DNA from: Macrostomum hystrix
Lineage: Eukaryota; Animalia; Platyhelminthes
Assembly (NCBI GenBank): GCA_950097015.1
Contig: CATNEN010000007.1
Span: 2,356,001-2,420,000, forward strand
Direction of reading: 5' to 3'
Length of the DNA: 64,000 nt
Within the stretch, counting starts at the first letter, position 1, and every line of letters begins with the position of its first letter. Below are positions 12,629 through 24,690 of this stretch, one piece after another. The translations under genes and the position numbers were made by a program. Below the pieces are notes generated by a model. That model did no database searches. It was not told the origin of the DNA and saw only the letters and a program-made list of their open reading frames with translations.

Positions 12629-13002
12629 TTACAGGCCGGCCTTGTAGACCAGGATGGCATAGGGACCATTCTGGAAGTAGGCGAAGGTGTTCTTCTCGTG
12701 GGTCACGTAGCTGGAAAAAGGTTGGAGGGAGATTTCAATAGTTATTTTTCATGTCAGTTTCTGGTTCAGACGTCATGCACAAACTCATGTACGAAAGCTG
12801 AGCGTTCAGAACGGCATTCTCACCTGGCGTAGTTGCGGCCAACGGTCACCTGCCATGTGGGAGTCAGCTTGCTGTCCAGACGCTTCTTCAGGTTGCTGGC
12901 GATGCTGTCATCGTCCTTGAACTCGGCGCAGACCTCGTTCACCAGGGCGGTGACCTCCTGCTTCAGCTCAGGGGACATGTCGCCCTTCTGGAACTGGGAC
13001 AT
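12629..13002 (-). CDS. Dynein light chain, LC8/DYNLL family, divergent (86 aa)
   Basis: Exons 13002-12824 and 12710-12629 with a 113-bp GT-AG intron give ...[45 protein letters not shown], compared with LC8 [25 protein letters not shown]. Confidence 0.9.
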
Positions 13003-13097
13003 TCTGGCTGTCTGGGGGTTTGATTTCGCTGGATAAGAATGTGAATTCGGCTGCTTCTTGGCGTGTGTGACTCGGCACACGCTGACTGTGCACCTTC

Positions 13098-13104
13098 TTA
13101 TATA
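13098..13104 (-). promoter_or_regulatory. Candidate TATA box (TATATAA) about 100 bp upstream of the dynein light chain ATG
   Basis: Motif and position only. Confidence 0.3.
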
Positions 13105-14734
13105 GGCCGCGCCTGCGCCTCTGTCGCGAGTATCTGGAGGCCATGCAAGCTTGCTCTTGGCACTGAGGGCGAGCAGGCGGAGGGCTCATTGGCTGGGCTG
13201 CACCCACACACAGGCTCTTAGCTGCAGCTAAACTCCAGTGCATCGCGTAAACCGCCAACTCCATCGCAGCACTCACTGGCCAGCTTGAAGCTAAAGCGAC
13301 CTGCCGAGTCTTTTCTGCTGCAGCTACTCCGCTCATTCTTCTGCTTTGCATTGTTTCATTCAACACACACAGAAAAGCATTTTAGTTCGCGAAGCTGTAT
13401 CTCCAAATGCGGCTCTGGGCCACCCGCCCCGCCCTGAGGCACAACTCCGTGCAGCCTCCGCCCGAAACCGTGGAATGGGGCAACGCCGATAGTGGTCACT
13501 TTAGCAGTCCGGCCACCCCCTGTACTCACACTGAGAGCGGAAGCCTGCGGCCTCCTCAGCATTCCTTCCTGTCCCAGTGCCAGACCCCCAAACTTGCTTT
13601 GTTTGCTTCGTGCGCAACAATTAGACAGCTTGAATGGGTGCAACCCAGCCGCACAAAGAATTGAGCTTGAATGAATGGAGCCGCCAGTATGCCGCCAGGG
13701 CCCCACTTTCAACTGGATGAAATGAATCGACTAAGGAGAGAAGGAATGAGCGAGAGAGAAAAGTAACGCAGGTCTTTCAACAAAAGCGAACCTGACAACA
13801 AAAGAGAATAGCGTTGCATAGATGTATCCGATTCGAGCCATTTATGGCGCGGGTCAGTTGAACTGCTCTCTTTGGCTCCTGTGGCAAGGCATTACGAATT
13901 TTCTCTTGCGTGACCTCCTGTTGAAAAGCTAAGAGCGGCAGGCTTTGGCCCAGACTTAGCCAAATTAATACTGGCATTAGTTAGAAGGGCCTCATGAGCC
14001 GTACGAAGCAGAATAACCTAGGCTCCCATGGCTAGTATTCGAGAGGACCAAATTATTCAGATCGGTAAATTTTCAGAGGCAGAGACAGTTCAGTTCTAAA
14101 TGTTAGGAGTCGATTCTTCGAACACTTCGAATAAGAGTTATGCAAATTGAATGAATAATTATCAACAGCACACTGCCTTAGTTTGTGGCAATAAACGAAT
14201 TCACTCAAATCAAGACTTTGTGTGCTTCATAGTTTTTGCGGTGACCTGCATGCCACAGTCAATGCAATAAGTAGGCATTCGTGATCGGTGGCTCGAAGAC
14301 CACCAATTCTAAGCTTATCTATAGTTTCGCTCTTCTTTCTTATCCAATTCCGTGCGTTGGAAGTGCGCAACACTCTCGCTCTGGTTCTAACCTTTCAGTA
14401 CAGAAAATGTTGCGGTCACGCTGCTACCTCATGGGCATGAGCCTACGATCGTGCACGGGTGTGGCTGTTGCGATCAAAGGGAGAGACGGAGAGCGTAGAC
14501 GATACGCAACACTTGCTATCAGCGGGAAAGAGTTGGAGTGGTGACTAATGGGAGGTTGTTCGAAACAGGGTCAAACGGCTGGTTACTCATAGCGAACCAC
14601 AGCGGTGATATGTGGGTAATATAAAATAGATCAGAAAGTACTGTGTCGAACCGAATTTCGGTTTCGTTCCAAAAAGAACTTTTACCCGAGCGGCCGATTG
14701 ATACCCAATATCACACTTTAGAATTCTTTAAGCA

Positions 14735-16324
14735 ATGCCCCAGCGACAAGGCTCCTCTGGAGTAACTGGCTTCCTTGCGTTCTCCTGCTTTGCCGCATTC
14801 CTTGGCGCCGTCTGCTTCGGCTGGAGCACCGGCGTTATTAACAATCCAAAGACTAGCATCGTTCAATTGATCGTCAACTCGGTGCTCGCACACTACGGAG
14901 TGCGCCTGTCTGCCTATGCGTCGGAAGTGCTGTTCTCTGTAGTTGTGTCCATGTTTGCCGTGGGTGGCATGATCGGTGCCCTGGTCAGCGGTTACTGGGC
15001 TGAGAAGCTCGGGCGCAGGAACGGCATGCTGATTAATTCCGTTGTTGGCGTTGTGGCCGCTCTGCTGATGTCGCTTGCCAATCCAACTGGAAGCTTCGAG
15101 ATGCTGATAGTTGGCCGGCTGGTCATCGGATTCTGCAGCGCCCTCTACACCGGGCTGGTGCCGATTTACCTGACTGAGATTGCACCAAGGCGACTGCGAG
15201 GAGGGATCGGCGTGCTCAACCAGCTCGGCGTGGTGACTGGACTTCTTCTGTCGCAAGCTCTCAGCATCCAACAGGCGCTAGGTGGACCGCAGCTCTGGCC
15301 AATCTTGTTTGCCATCGCAGGCTTGCCGAGCCTCCTGCAGTTAGTTTGCCTGCCAGCCTGTCTGGAGACGCCACGGCACCTGCTGCTGACTCGACGCGAT
15401 GAGACTGCCGCGCGCTCAGCACTGCGTCGCCTACGCGGTTTTGGCAGCTGCCTGGCGGACGAAGATAATGAAATAATCGACGAGGAGATAGCAGAGATTC
15501 GCGCCGAATCAAACGAACAGTCAGGTGAGCAGCAGCAGGGCTGCTCGCGGCTCACTGCCCAGTGGCGGCCCCTGATAGTCGGCATTGTGCTGCACCTTTC
15601 GCAGCAGCTGTCGGGCATCAATGTTATATTTTACTACTCAGCTGATCTCTTCCAAGGCGTCGGGGTTTCGAATTCGGCTGCCCAGCTGGCCACGATCGCT
15701 GTGGGTGCAATCATGGTGGTCATGACCATCGTCTCTGTGCCGCTAATGGACCGCGCTGGAAGACGAACGCTTCACTTAATTGGTCTGGCTGGCATCACCG
15801 TCACCTCAGCGCTCTTCACCGTCCTATTTAGCGTCGGACAGCAGCAGAAAAGCGGCGTCGACGGCACGGTGCCCGCCGGTCTCGCCGGAGGCAGCATCGC
15901 GTTCGCGCTGCTAGTTGTTGTGTTCTTCGCCATCGGCCCCGGCTCCATTCCGTGGATGATGATGTCGGAGATGTTTCCACAGGATTCACGCTCAGCGGCC
16001 AACGCTGTTGGTGTTCTGGTCAACTGGCTGGCGAACTTCGCTGTGGGCATGCTGTTCCCAGTGCTCCTGGACAGCCTGCACTCGCTGGTGTTCGTGCCGT
16101 TCACCATCCTGACCGCACTTTTCCTAGTTTTTCTGTTCTTGCGCATGCCGGAGACGAAGGGGCGCAGCATCGATCAGATTGTGGCTTCGTTTAGTCGCGG
16201 CAGCGGCAGCTCAGTGAGTCCAGACGGTGGTGACAAAGGCGCCGCGAGCGAGGCGACAGTAATCCTGCAGGACACGGGCAGCCGGAGACTGAGTGGCAGA
16301 GGCGGCAGCGGAACCTACACTTAG
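14735..16324 (+). CDS. SLC2A: Facilitated glucose transporter, GLUT/SLC2A class I-like, intronless (529 aa)
   Basis: About 12 TM segments with sugar-porter motifs GRRNG, EIAPRRLRG, NQLGVVTG, ETPR, QQLSGINVIFYYS, DRAGRRTL, GPGSIPW and PETKG. Confidence 0.96.
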   Translation: MPQRQGSSGVTGFLAFSCFAAFLGAVCFGWSTGVINNPKTSIVQLIVNSVLAHYGVRLSAYASEVLFSVVVSMFAVGGMIGALVSGYWAEKLGRRNGMLINSVVGVVAALLMSLANPTGSFEMLIVGRLVIGFCSALYTGLVPIYLTEIAPRRLRGGIGVLNQLGVVTGLLLSQALSIQQALGGPQLWPILFAIAGLPSLLQLVCLPACLETPRHLLLTRRDETAARSALRRLRGFGSCLADEDNEIIDEEIAEIRAESNEQSGEQQQGCSRLTAQWRPLIVGIVLHLSQQLSGINVIFYYSADLFQGVGVSNSAAQLATIAVGAIMVVMTIVSVPLMDRAGRRTLHLIGLAGITVTSALFTVLFSVGQQQKSGVDGTVPAGLAGGSIAFALLVVVFFAIGPGSIPWMMMSEMFPQDSRSAANAVGVLVNWLANFAVGMLFPVLLDSLHSLVFVPFTILTALFLVFLFLRMPETKGRSIDQIVASFSRGSGSSVSPDGGDKGAASEATVILQDTGSRRLSGRGGSGTYT

Positions 16325-17099
16325 AGGACAAATTTTAGAGAAAATACTCGTAACATATTTTCAGAACAATTTTACGCGTTCGTAACATTTACTTAATAAA
16401 ATGAAAACAGCCTGCATGTGCATTGTTGGAAGAAATATGCACTGTAATTATTTTTTTAACTAAGTTGACTCTCTGGATCTAATAGCAAGAAAAAAATATG
16501 CAAATACGGCTCGTATATTTTTTACCTATTCACATGTGCAGCGTTGCTTACTAATATAGCGAGAAATGCTTAAATTGCTACTGGCCACTCACATACGAGT
16601 TAACTGAGCTGTGGGTCAGAAAACTATATTAGTCAAAAATTTGGTTCATATAGTCCGATTTTTTCATAATTCTATAAAATTGTAACGAACTTAAGTTCAA
16701 AGCTATGGCTCAGGTTTATAATTGTTCGTCAAGAACTCCGCTTCTTGTCTTGAAAATCAGTTTCGGTCGCAAATACAACCAATTAAGTCATTGACCAAAT
16801 TATTTTTGCAAACTTCATGATATGAGTTTGCTAATAATACCCGGTGGGATAAATAGAAAAGCTAATATTTTAAACTTGTGTTTGGAAAGAAAAATTGCAC
16901 GCAGTGTACTCGTACTTTCTAAGGCTCAATAAGTTCAAAATCGATGGGCTTGGCCCATAAATTATAAATTTTTGTAAAAATTCGGCCTAAACTTTGCCTT
17001 CAACGCCTGCTGTCCCGGAGCTGGTCATCTGAAGCACATTGACCGTCGTGTCGCTTGACATTCGCAGTCGTCGCGACCCGATCAGACAGCAGTCGTGCA

Positions 17100-17883
17100 G
17101 CAGTTCTAGCAGCTACGAGCGTACAGCGCTGACAGCAGTGACATTCCTAAAATTTTCGCTTGGATACTGTCCCCTCGGTGTTACGTATACACGCATCCTA
17201 ATTGGTCTTGTGAATGTCATGCCGTAGTCTACTAGCTCACGCATCGCTTTGCCGGTCAATCTAATATGTACATATCACTAACTCTCGCTCACTATGTGCA
17301 TGCCCCCCACGCGCACGTTGATCGTAGCGGTGGCACGTTGAGACAACGTTGAGACAACATAAATACAGTCTCGCCCTACTTAGAGGGCTCATCTTTTCTT
17401 CGCACCACACACAGATTGACTCTTGAGTTATTACAGTGAAGTCTGCACAGTAGTCATTACTCCAATAGAAGGGCTTGAGACTGATGTCAGATTCAAATCG
17501 TTTTAGCATATCCTGCTCTGTGGCACTGTCGAAGGCCATTGGCAGCATATGATATAGAAACATGCTGTTGTTTCAAAATTCAACTCGTTAGCCCGAATGG
17601 TTGCTCTTAGTTCTCCGCCGATGAAGCTGCGATATGATTCAGTTACTCTTAAGATGCAAACACTCAACGATGCGAAGGACAAAATTAGCCAGGCTGCCTT
17701 GATGTAGGGGCCTGCTCGTACCTGCCAGTCGCGCCAGACTGTGAGTTGTGGCGTTGCTCGCAAAGTTTTCCAATGCTCTGGCGAGCATCCTTGAGGACCT
17801 GCTGGGGGCGGCGCTTTCAGACTAGACAAAATTTGCAACGCACTCAGAATATTTACAGTCTCGTAATGGCGCTCCAGTAACAA
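17100..17883 (-). pseudogene. Possible decayed DEG/ENaC-like channel fragment
   Basis: Hydrophobic AAWLILSFASLSVCILRV followed by SYRSFIGGELRATI resembles the TM1/post-TM1 region. Later pieces TCHRYD and RMRVYVTPRGQYP lie in other frames. Broken by frameshifts, including an 11-bp duplication GTTGTCTCAAC. Similarity is weak. Confidence 0.25.
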
Positions 17884-18655
17884 ATATGTTTCGTTTGGAT
17901 TAAATTTGGATCAAAATTGACAAAGCTCACAACCGAGGAGTCTCTGTCAGAGACTCTACAAGCGATCCTCAAGCGGAGTGATTGCTTGGAACACTTACAT
18001 GAGCACTAGCAGGCTGCAAAACAGACCATGGACTGGTCCTCATGGAGCTGGAACAAAGCAGTTTCAAAAGCTGAAAAAAAGAAAATATTTTGTCTAATTG
18101 TTTGATGTGAGTTGAGCACGTGATTGACAAGCGAACAATAAGTTTATTACTGATCAATTCATTCGCAACCTTAACAAAAAAGAATAACAATATTATAAAT
18201 GTCTTTTAAACGTTTTGTTGAAATCCCAAATGTACCAGTAAAGCGAGAGATTATTAGCTTGATTAAAAACAAGAGAAAAGCGGCGACTTGAATAAATGAA
18301 GCGCTGAAATCGAATAACAATATACGAGTATTAAGTTTTTAATAGATTTCTTGATTGAAAATTTCTGAAGTAAATATAGATTGATAAAAATATAACCGAC
18401 TGAATAAAAATCTTACACTCGGAGAGTGTCTGCAAGAGAAAAATTTCGTTTTCAGAAGTACATACCAGTTCTAGAATAAATACGAGGCGTGGCAAAAGAA
18501 GCACTGCAAGCGTTATTGAAATTAAGACAAATTTTCTGCCTACATTTATTTTAGCAATAAGATATCTGGCACTTCTCAGCAGCTATGGCAGCATAGCAAG
18601 TGCTACTACGTGTATCTGTGTCAGCTAGCTGGACTCAGTCGCATAGTTAGTCACC

Positions 18656-21600
18656 TCAATCAGCCGTCCTGCGATACAGAGACCGCTTCCAATGTCTTTC
18701 GCTCTCTTTCTCGGCAGCTTCAGCAAGTCGAAATGTGTTCCTTGGAGTCGCGTTGGCTGGCAGATTCCTTTCGGCCATCCGCTTGTAGATTTCCGTCGTC
18801 TCCGCACTCACCCGATCGTCTAGGAATACAAGAAAGCGCCGAGTCACCTTCGTCGCCTGCATCAGCTCCAGCAGGTCGGCCAGCAGCTGCCGGTTTTCCT
18901 CCGCCTCTTCCTGAAACCAGCGCACCATCGCGGGCGTCAGCAGGATGACAAACTGACGAGTGCGCTTAAGAAACCGCGGGGTCGCCTCAGCAGCGCCGTT
19001 GAACACGCGCTCGAAGCTGTCCGGAAAGGCAACCACCAGCGACGGCTGGCAGCTGGCTAGAAGAAGTCGACGGCTGGCGCTCTCGGCAACAATCGAGCGA
19101 AGTAGGCGAGCGGCGCTGGCCTCTTCAGGCGTTGGCGGCTGCGCCAACAGCAGGACGTCGCATCCACAGCCCCCCGAGTGGGGCGGCCACTCGGGCTGCT
19201 GCTGTAGCGTTGGCGCTACAGTCAGAGGAGAAATATTTATTGTTTCGCTTACATAATTTGTCAGTCAGCATATGAATCAAATTTACGAGCTATCAGACAG
19301 TGTGCATACTCACTGAACTTTAATTTCGAGTCTCACAACAACCCCCAACCCTTCTCTCTATATATGGACCCTGGACAGGGCGAGAAATGGATATCTTACT
19401 TGTACTTTTGATGAGATAAACAGACCCCTTGGCTCGCCCTTCACTATCTGCGCGAATGCAATCAGCAGCTGAAGTCAAGTCGCCTTACCCGCCATGTCAA
19501 GTGTGCAGACGTCATCCATCAGAGAGCCTGAATCGGTTGGCATTCCTCCAGCACCTGCTAAGATTTCCACATCTTCCTCTCCCGATAGCTCGACAGAAGC
19601 CCTCGTCCGCATCGGAACACCAGTCACTTGGTGCTGTTGCTGAAACTTTGCACGACAGACCAGCGAGGCCACTTTGTACTCCCAGTCAATGGTGCCATGC
19701 TGGACCGACCGGCTAAACAGAGCAGCAACCGCACCGGACACCTGGTGCCCATATGATTGTTGGGGACGTTCATTCGACAGGTCGCGAGCCAGTTTCAGAA
19801 GCACTATGTGATCGGATGGATTCCGACCGCTGGCTGACATTTCGTCCACGGCCTGCAGCAGGTCGTGAAAGCCGGCGTGAAGGAAGCGGCGAGACAGTAA
19901 CACCACAACCGTGCGGCTGAAGCGGACTCCATCCGACACCGACTCGAAGCGAGTCTGCTGCAGGAGACCGCTGCTACGATGAACGGCATAGTCTATGGCC
20001 TGGGAGCTGCTCAGGCGGTAGAATCGGAAAGCGGAGTCCAGGTCGCGAAGAACGCTGACAAGGGTCAACTCATCCTGAGGTGATGTTTTACATTGCTTTT
20101 CGTAACTTAACTAGTTTTAGCAAGTTTTGTATAAACATTGCATTGTTTAGCTATGTACGAGTATTAACTCAAAGCCATATGTACTAAGAAATTGCTGAGA
20201 ACGGTACAGAAAATCGGCGTTTAAATTTAAAATTAAGAAATTGGCTAAGACTGACACAAGATTGACCAGTAATCTAAGAACTAGCTAAGCGAGCTAGAAG
20301 GTATTTATATCGCCTAATTAAAAGTGATAAAACAGTGACCACTTTTTTTTACTAAATTTCGAATCGTTTGACGCTCATCGGAATTCATGCCGATGGGATT
20401 GAGTGCAGATATGACCCCAAATCTAATATCTTACCTGTTGATCGGCCAGAAAGAAGACGTCAAACTCGAAGGCATCACTGTGCCCGCCGCCGCTACTACA
20501 TAGGTCGCCCGTGCCGGCGGCTCTGCCGCTTCGCTGTCGTCGTGAGTTCTGCATGTACTTTAGAATGAAAAACATTTCCACCGCCCCATAAACTTTGTGC
20601 CGCTTAGTGACTAGCGCTACAAGCAGCAGGCACCCGAAAGCAGCCCCCACGGCTGTGAGTGTCCATTTAAGAACCGCTTGCCGCCTGGCATCTTGATAGG
20701 TTTCTATGGCAACGCAAAGCCGCTGCAATCTCCCTCTATCGTTAACTTGATAGGGCGCGCTTAAATTGAGTCTATAGTTCTCTGTCCAGCCCGAGTCGAT
20801 GTACTCATTGTAGGCCTCATTAAATATTTTGTCTAGGAATTTACACTCGATCTGTTCAAAGTCATTCACAAACTGGCCTAGCTGTGAGATGTTCATAAGC
20901 TGGGTCTGGAATCTGAGCCAGCCAGTTTCACATGAGCAAACCCAGGCGTTGCCGCGCAAAGTCAGTATGGAGAGGCGTCGAAAATTGTTGAAGATTCCGA
21001 GATCGAAGGGCCGAATGAGGTTATCGTGCAGCTCGAGCCGGCAGAGCTTGTCTTCTAGTCCCGTGAAGGTAAACTGGCTGATGACGCGAAGCTTGTTTTT
21101 GCTAAGATAAAGCATTTCAATGTTATAGGAAAAGTCCGTTCCATTGAACGCATAGTCCTCAATGTGCAGTATGTTGCTATTAGAGAGGCTGAGATAGCGC
21201 AGGCCATTGGAAGGTGACACCTGGGCATTGGCCCAGCTGATAGTGTTGCGCGTAAATTTTCCGGCAATGCCGATCATTTCGGCATTATTTAGCCACAGCT
21301 TCTTCACCGGAATGCGAATAGGCACGTTGAAGGGATCGGCCCGCAGGTAGTCGCAGTTCACGTCCGAGTAAATCCAGTCGAACGAGTGCCAGCAGAGACA
21401 GGATCGGATGCATTTGATGCGGTGCGGCCCCGTCCAGTTTTTCGGAAAGTACTGGGGATAAATTTCCACTTCCATCTCATCGTAGTAGGGACAGATGAAG
21501 TCGCTGGGATGAGATTGTTCTAAAGTTTTCAATGACTTTTGAGTCGCATTCTCGCGATCGAAGAACTCGCAGCTGTATTTCTTAGTTTCGGTGGTCGCGA

Positions 21601-23478
21601 ACTGCGGGTACTGATAGACTTGAGTGCAGTCCTTTCCCTGCTTCTGAACCTCGTGCTCCGAAATGGCATAAACATGGCTGCAAGGGCACTGCTGCTCCAC
21701 TTTCTGGTCGGAGATAAATAGCAACACTCGGGACGCTCTATTGCTCCGGTTGCTCATTTTGAAATAGTCGCTGTGCCAGTCGGTGATGCTGTTGTTCCTC
21801 AGTTCCAGGCTGTGCAGCTGGGTCAGGTTGGTAAAGCAGTCGCAGTCAATGTCGCTGATGAAATTGTGGTTTAGCCTGATTAGCGTGAGATTCGGCGATT
21901 GTGGAATGCTGCTAGTCAATATCATTTTCAGATCGTTATTTGAAATCTCAAGTTTCTCCAGGCGGGTTAGAGAAGCGAGCTCGAACTTTTGCAGCCAGTT
22001 ATAATTGAGACTCAGTTCTAGTAGGCTGGTGGTCAGAACAGATTGGCTGAATGCCATGGCGTTTATAGACTTCAAATAATTGTGAGACAAGTCGAGGTAC
22101 TGTAGTTTGACCTACAACGGGACAGGGGCAAGTTCCGTAGTTAAAAGTATTGCTATGAATTGATCAGATAAATCAGATTTTTATAGGATATATCTCAAAG
22201 ATGGTGGCAAATATTTTATGTAATTCATGATTATTCTCCTTTGATCATTAATCTGTTTCTCACCTCAAACCAAGGTGACACCGCTCCAATGAAAGGTATC
22301 TGATTGTATGACAGATCGAGAATTCTTAAGCTGTCCTTGGGAGCACGGAACCAATAGCAGCAGGTCTGTACATCTGAGGGTGACCAGCACATGTTGTTGT
22401 CGTACAGGCTCGATATAGCATTGTGGCTCAGATTGAGCTTGATAAGATTGCTAAGAAGTGAAATCACATTTGGAATTTTAGTGAGCTGGTTGTAGGACAA
22501 GTCAAAGTGAGACAGCTGGCTGGGGATCAACTCCCATTTCTGCAGCCGTTCGAACAGCGGTCCCTCTCTAATACGGTGCTGAGCAAAGCTGAATGTGAAG
22601 CCACTCGTGCTGCTGCTGTCGTCACTTGCCTTAAAGAGCACTTTCTGCCAGGTGAGTTGGCCGAGCTGCTTTTTTAGCTTCACTAGCCAGGCCGTTTTAT
22701 TTCGCAGCGTCGCCGATCTGTTTTCGACGGCATCGTCCAGGTAGTGATTAAGCGAGTCCATCGCCAGGTCGTAAATATTTTCGCCAGCCATACTCAGATT
22801 GGCTCGGCTGACGACGAAATTCTGAAGCGACATCACACCCATCATGTTGGATACACTGATCACATCTAGCGGAGTGTCAATAAGCTGCATCTCGACCAGC
22901 CCCTGGCACTTCATGTTAAGATAGAGCGGAAAGTAGACCACAATGCAGTTGCGCAGAACCACCGAGATAAGTTTGCAGTGTCCGGGCTCGAAGGTGGAAT
23001 CGTATTCAAGCCTCTCGGTGTACAAGGCAGCGAGGCGCGAGTGCAACGGGCCCAGATTGGCCAGCATGACGCTCTCGTGAGTGCTGACGTTCTCTCGCTG
23101 GAGCTGGCCGAAGCTGAGATTTTCGTACTTCACCCGGCAGTGAATCAGCTCCACATTGTACGGTGGGAAAATCCTATCGTTGCCTCGAGAGTGCAGAAAG
23201 GTCATCTCGTGCAGGTCGACTTCACTTTTAAAGGTGAAGTTGCTGCAGTCGATGGTCAGCCTGGAGATGATCATGAATGGGAGCTGCTTGCACTCCAGTT
23301 CAAAGGAGCTTGAATTCACAGCCTCAACCAGATAACAGTGTACCATCTTAGACGCCAAGTCCTGACGACAGCTGCAGCTCACATTGGTGTCGTGCAACAC
23401 GTAATTTGGTGTCTGAGTATCTGCTGGGGCAGCTGGAGCAGCCAGCATCAGAGACATTATAATGATGAGTGCGTGCAT
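18656..23478 (-). CDS. Toll-like receptor: signal peptide, LRRs with internal cysteine clusters, LRRCT, TM, TIR, and a second TIR-like domain (1345 aa)
   Basis: Exons 23478-22264, 22111-20435, 20074-19489 and 19215-18656, all GT-AG with phases 0/0/1, total 4038 nt. Motifs: LRRs (LSHFDLSYNQL, LRILDLSYNQI, LYLSKNKL), internal QCPCSH and CIRSCLC...VNCD clusters, LRRCT LRGNAWVCSCE, TM WTLTAVGAAFGCLLLVALV, TIR FEFDVFF and SRTVVVLLSRRFL. Confidence 0.85.
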
Positions 23479-24690
23479 TGCATTGATTTCGGTTAGACAG
23501 CTCGGTAGCAGACGGAAATGCCAGATGTCCTAGATGCCAGATGCAGGCAGTTTGTAGGCAGTTTGCGAGCAGCGCTGGTCTCTAATAAGCCAGAGTAAAC
23601 AATCCAGGAGACAGGCAGATGCATACTGATCGCACGATAAATTTAGCATCGGTAGGACTTTGCCTGATAATTCCGAACAACTTCAGAGTGTCGATAAGAG
23701 ATTGACCGTAAACCCGGCCGCAGCTGCAACTAAAAATAGAACCTGGGCCAGCAAAGCTGCAGTGACTCTGTGAGAGGCTGAAGTTCTGTCTGTGTACCGT
23801 TCACAGCAAAAACATATCAGCGCTTCCATCTGTTTAATGCTATAATGAATACATGACGATTGCTGTTACATTTCACCATAGCAATACGCTCGTATAACCT
23901 TCTACATGAAAGTTGTTTATTTGAAATATAAATTTACATCTCACAAATCGAAACCAGCACCAAAAACGACCTGAATTTAAGGCAGTATTTTGAAACAATT
24001 AGTTTAACATTTTCAGAAATTTGAAACACAATCTATAGCTTGAGAAAATCTGAGTAATTGGAAGATATTTCAAGTGCTGTGATTATCCAGCAGCGCTTTG
24101 ATTACACGGAATTAGTTAATACGTAATACACGCTTGTGTTTAAAAATACTGAACTAGAGACTCTATCGAAAAGAAAAACGAAAAAGGGAGATCATCGACG
24201 AAATTTTTAAATTACGTAGGTCTGCAAGTTCAATATAGAAGTTCACTTATAAAAAATGAAAGATACATGGACGTGCTTAATTGTGCTGTCAGTTTCATGC
24301 GTCCAAGTCACAATGTTTCTATGCGTCCATTTTCGGGAATAGAAATAAATAAATAAAGAAACGTGTCTGGCTGTTAGATGAGCTGAATAATGGAAACTAT
24401 GCATGAAGTGTTCGATGCCGCGATGAGGTAAACATCTCAGTGGTTAATAAGAAGTCGCCTTCAATGCTGAATTAGAATACTAGGTTACGAGCGTGCTTTT
24501 AATATTTAGGTCGTAGCTTAGCACGGTTGAGGTCCGTTGAGTTTGCATATCACCTGCGAGTTTACATAACCTGAAAATATAGCTTTCAGGCTTTTGCTCC
24601 CATTAATTGCCTCTATTTATTACACACCCCTTGTATTTGGACAGTAAAGTTAGATTTCATTTGAAAGGCATTCTGCATTTGCACTCTGCA

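Noticed and set aside
13356-13712. GC-rich stretch with overlapping ORFs upstream of the dynein light chain
   Set aside because: No recognisable motif or consistent splice signals; treated as unexplained promoter-side sequence.
14711-16170. Antisense ORFs over the GLUT gene (and likewise 48382-48810, 50896-51663, 58054-58689, 60494-61519)
   Set aside because: Shadow ORFs expected opposite GC-rich coding exons; the sense strand carries the family motifs.
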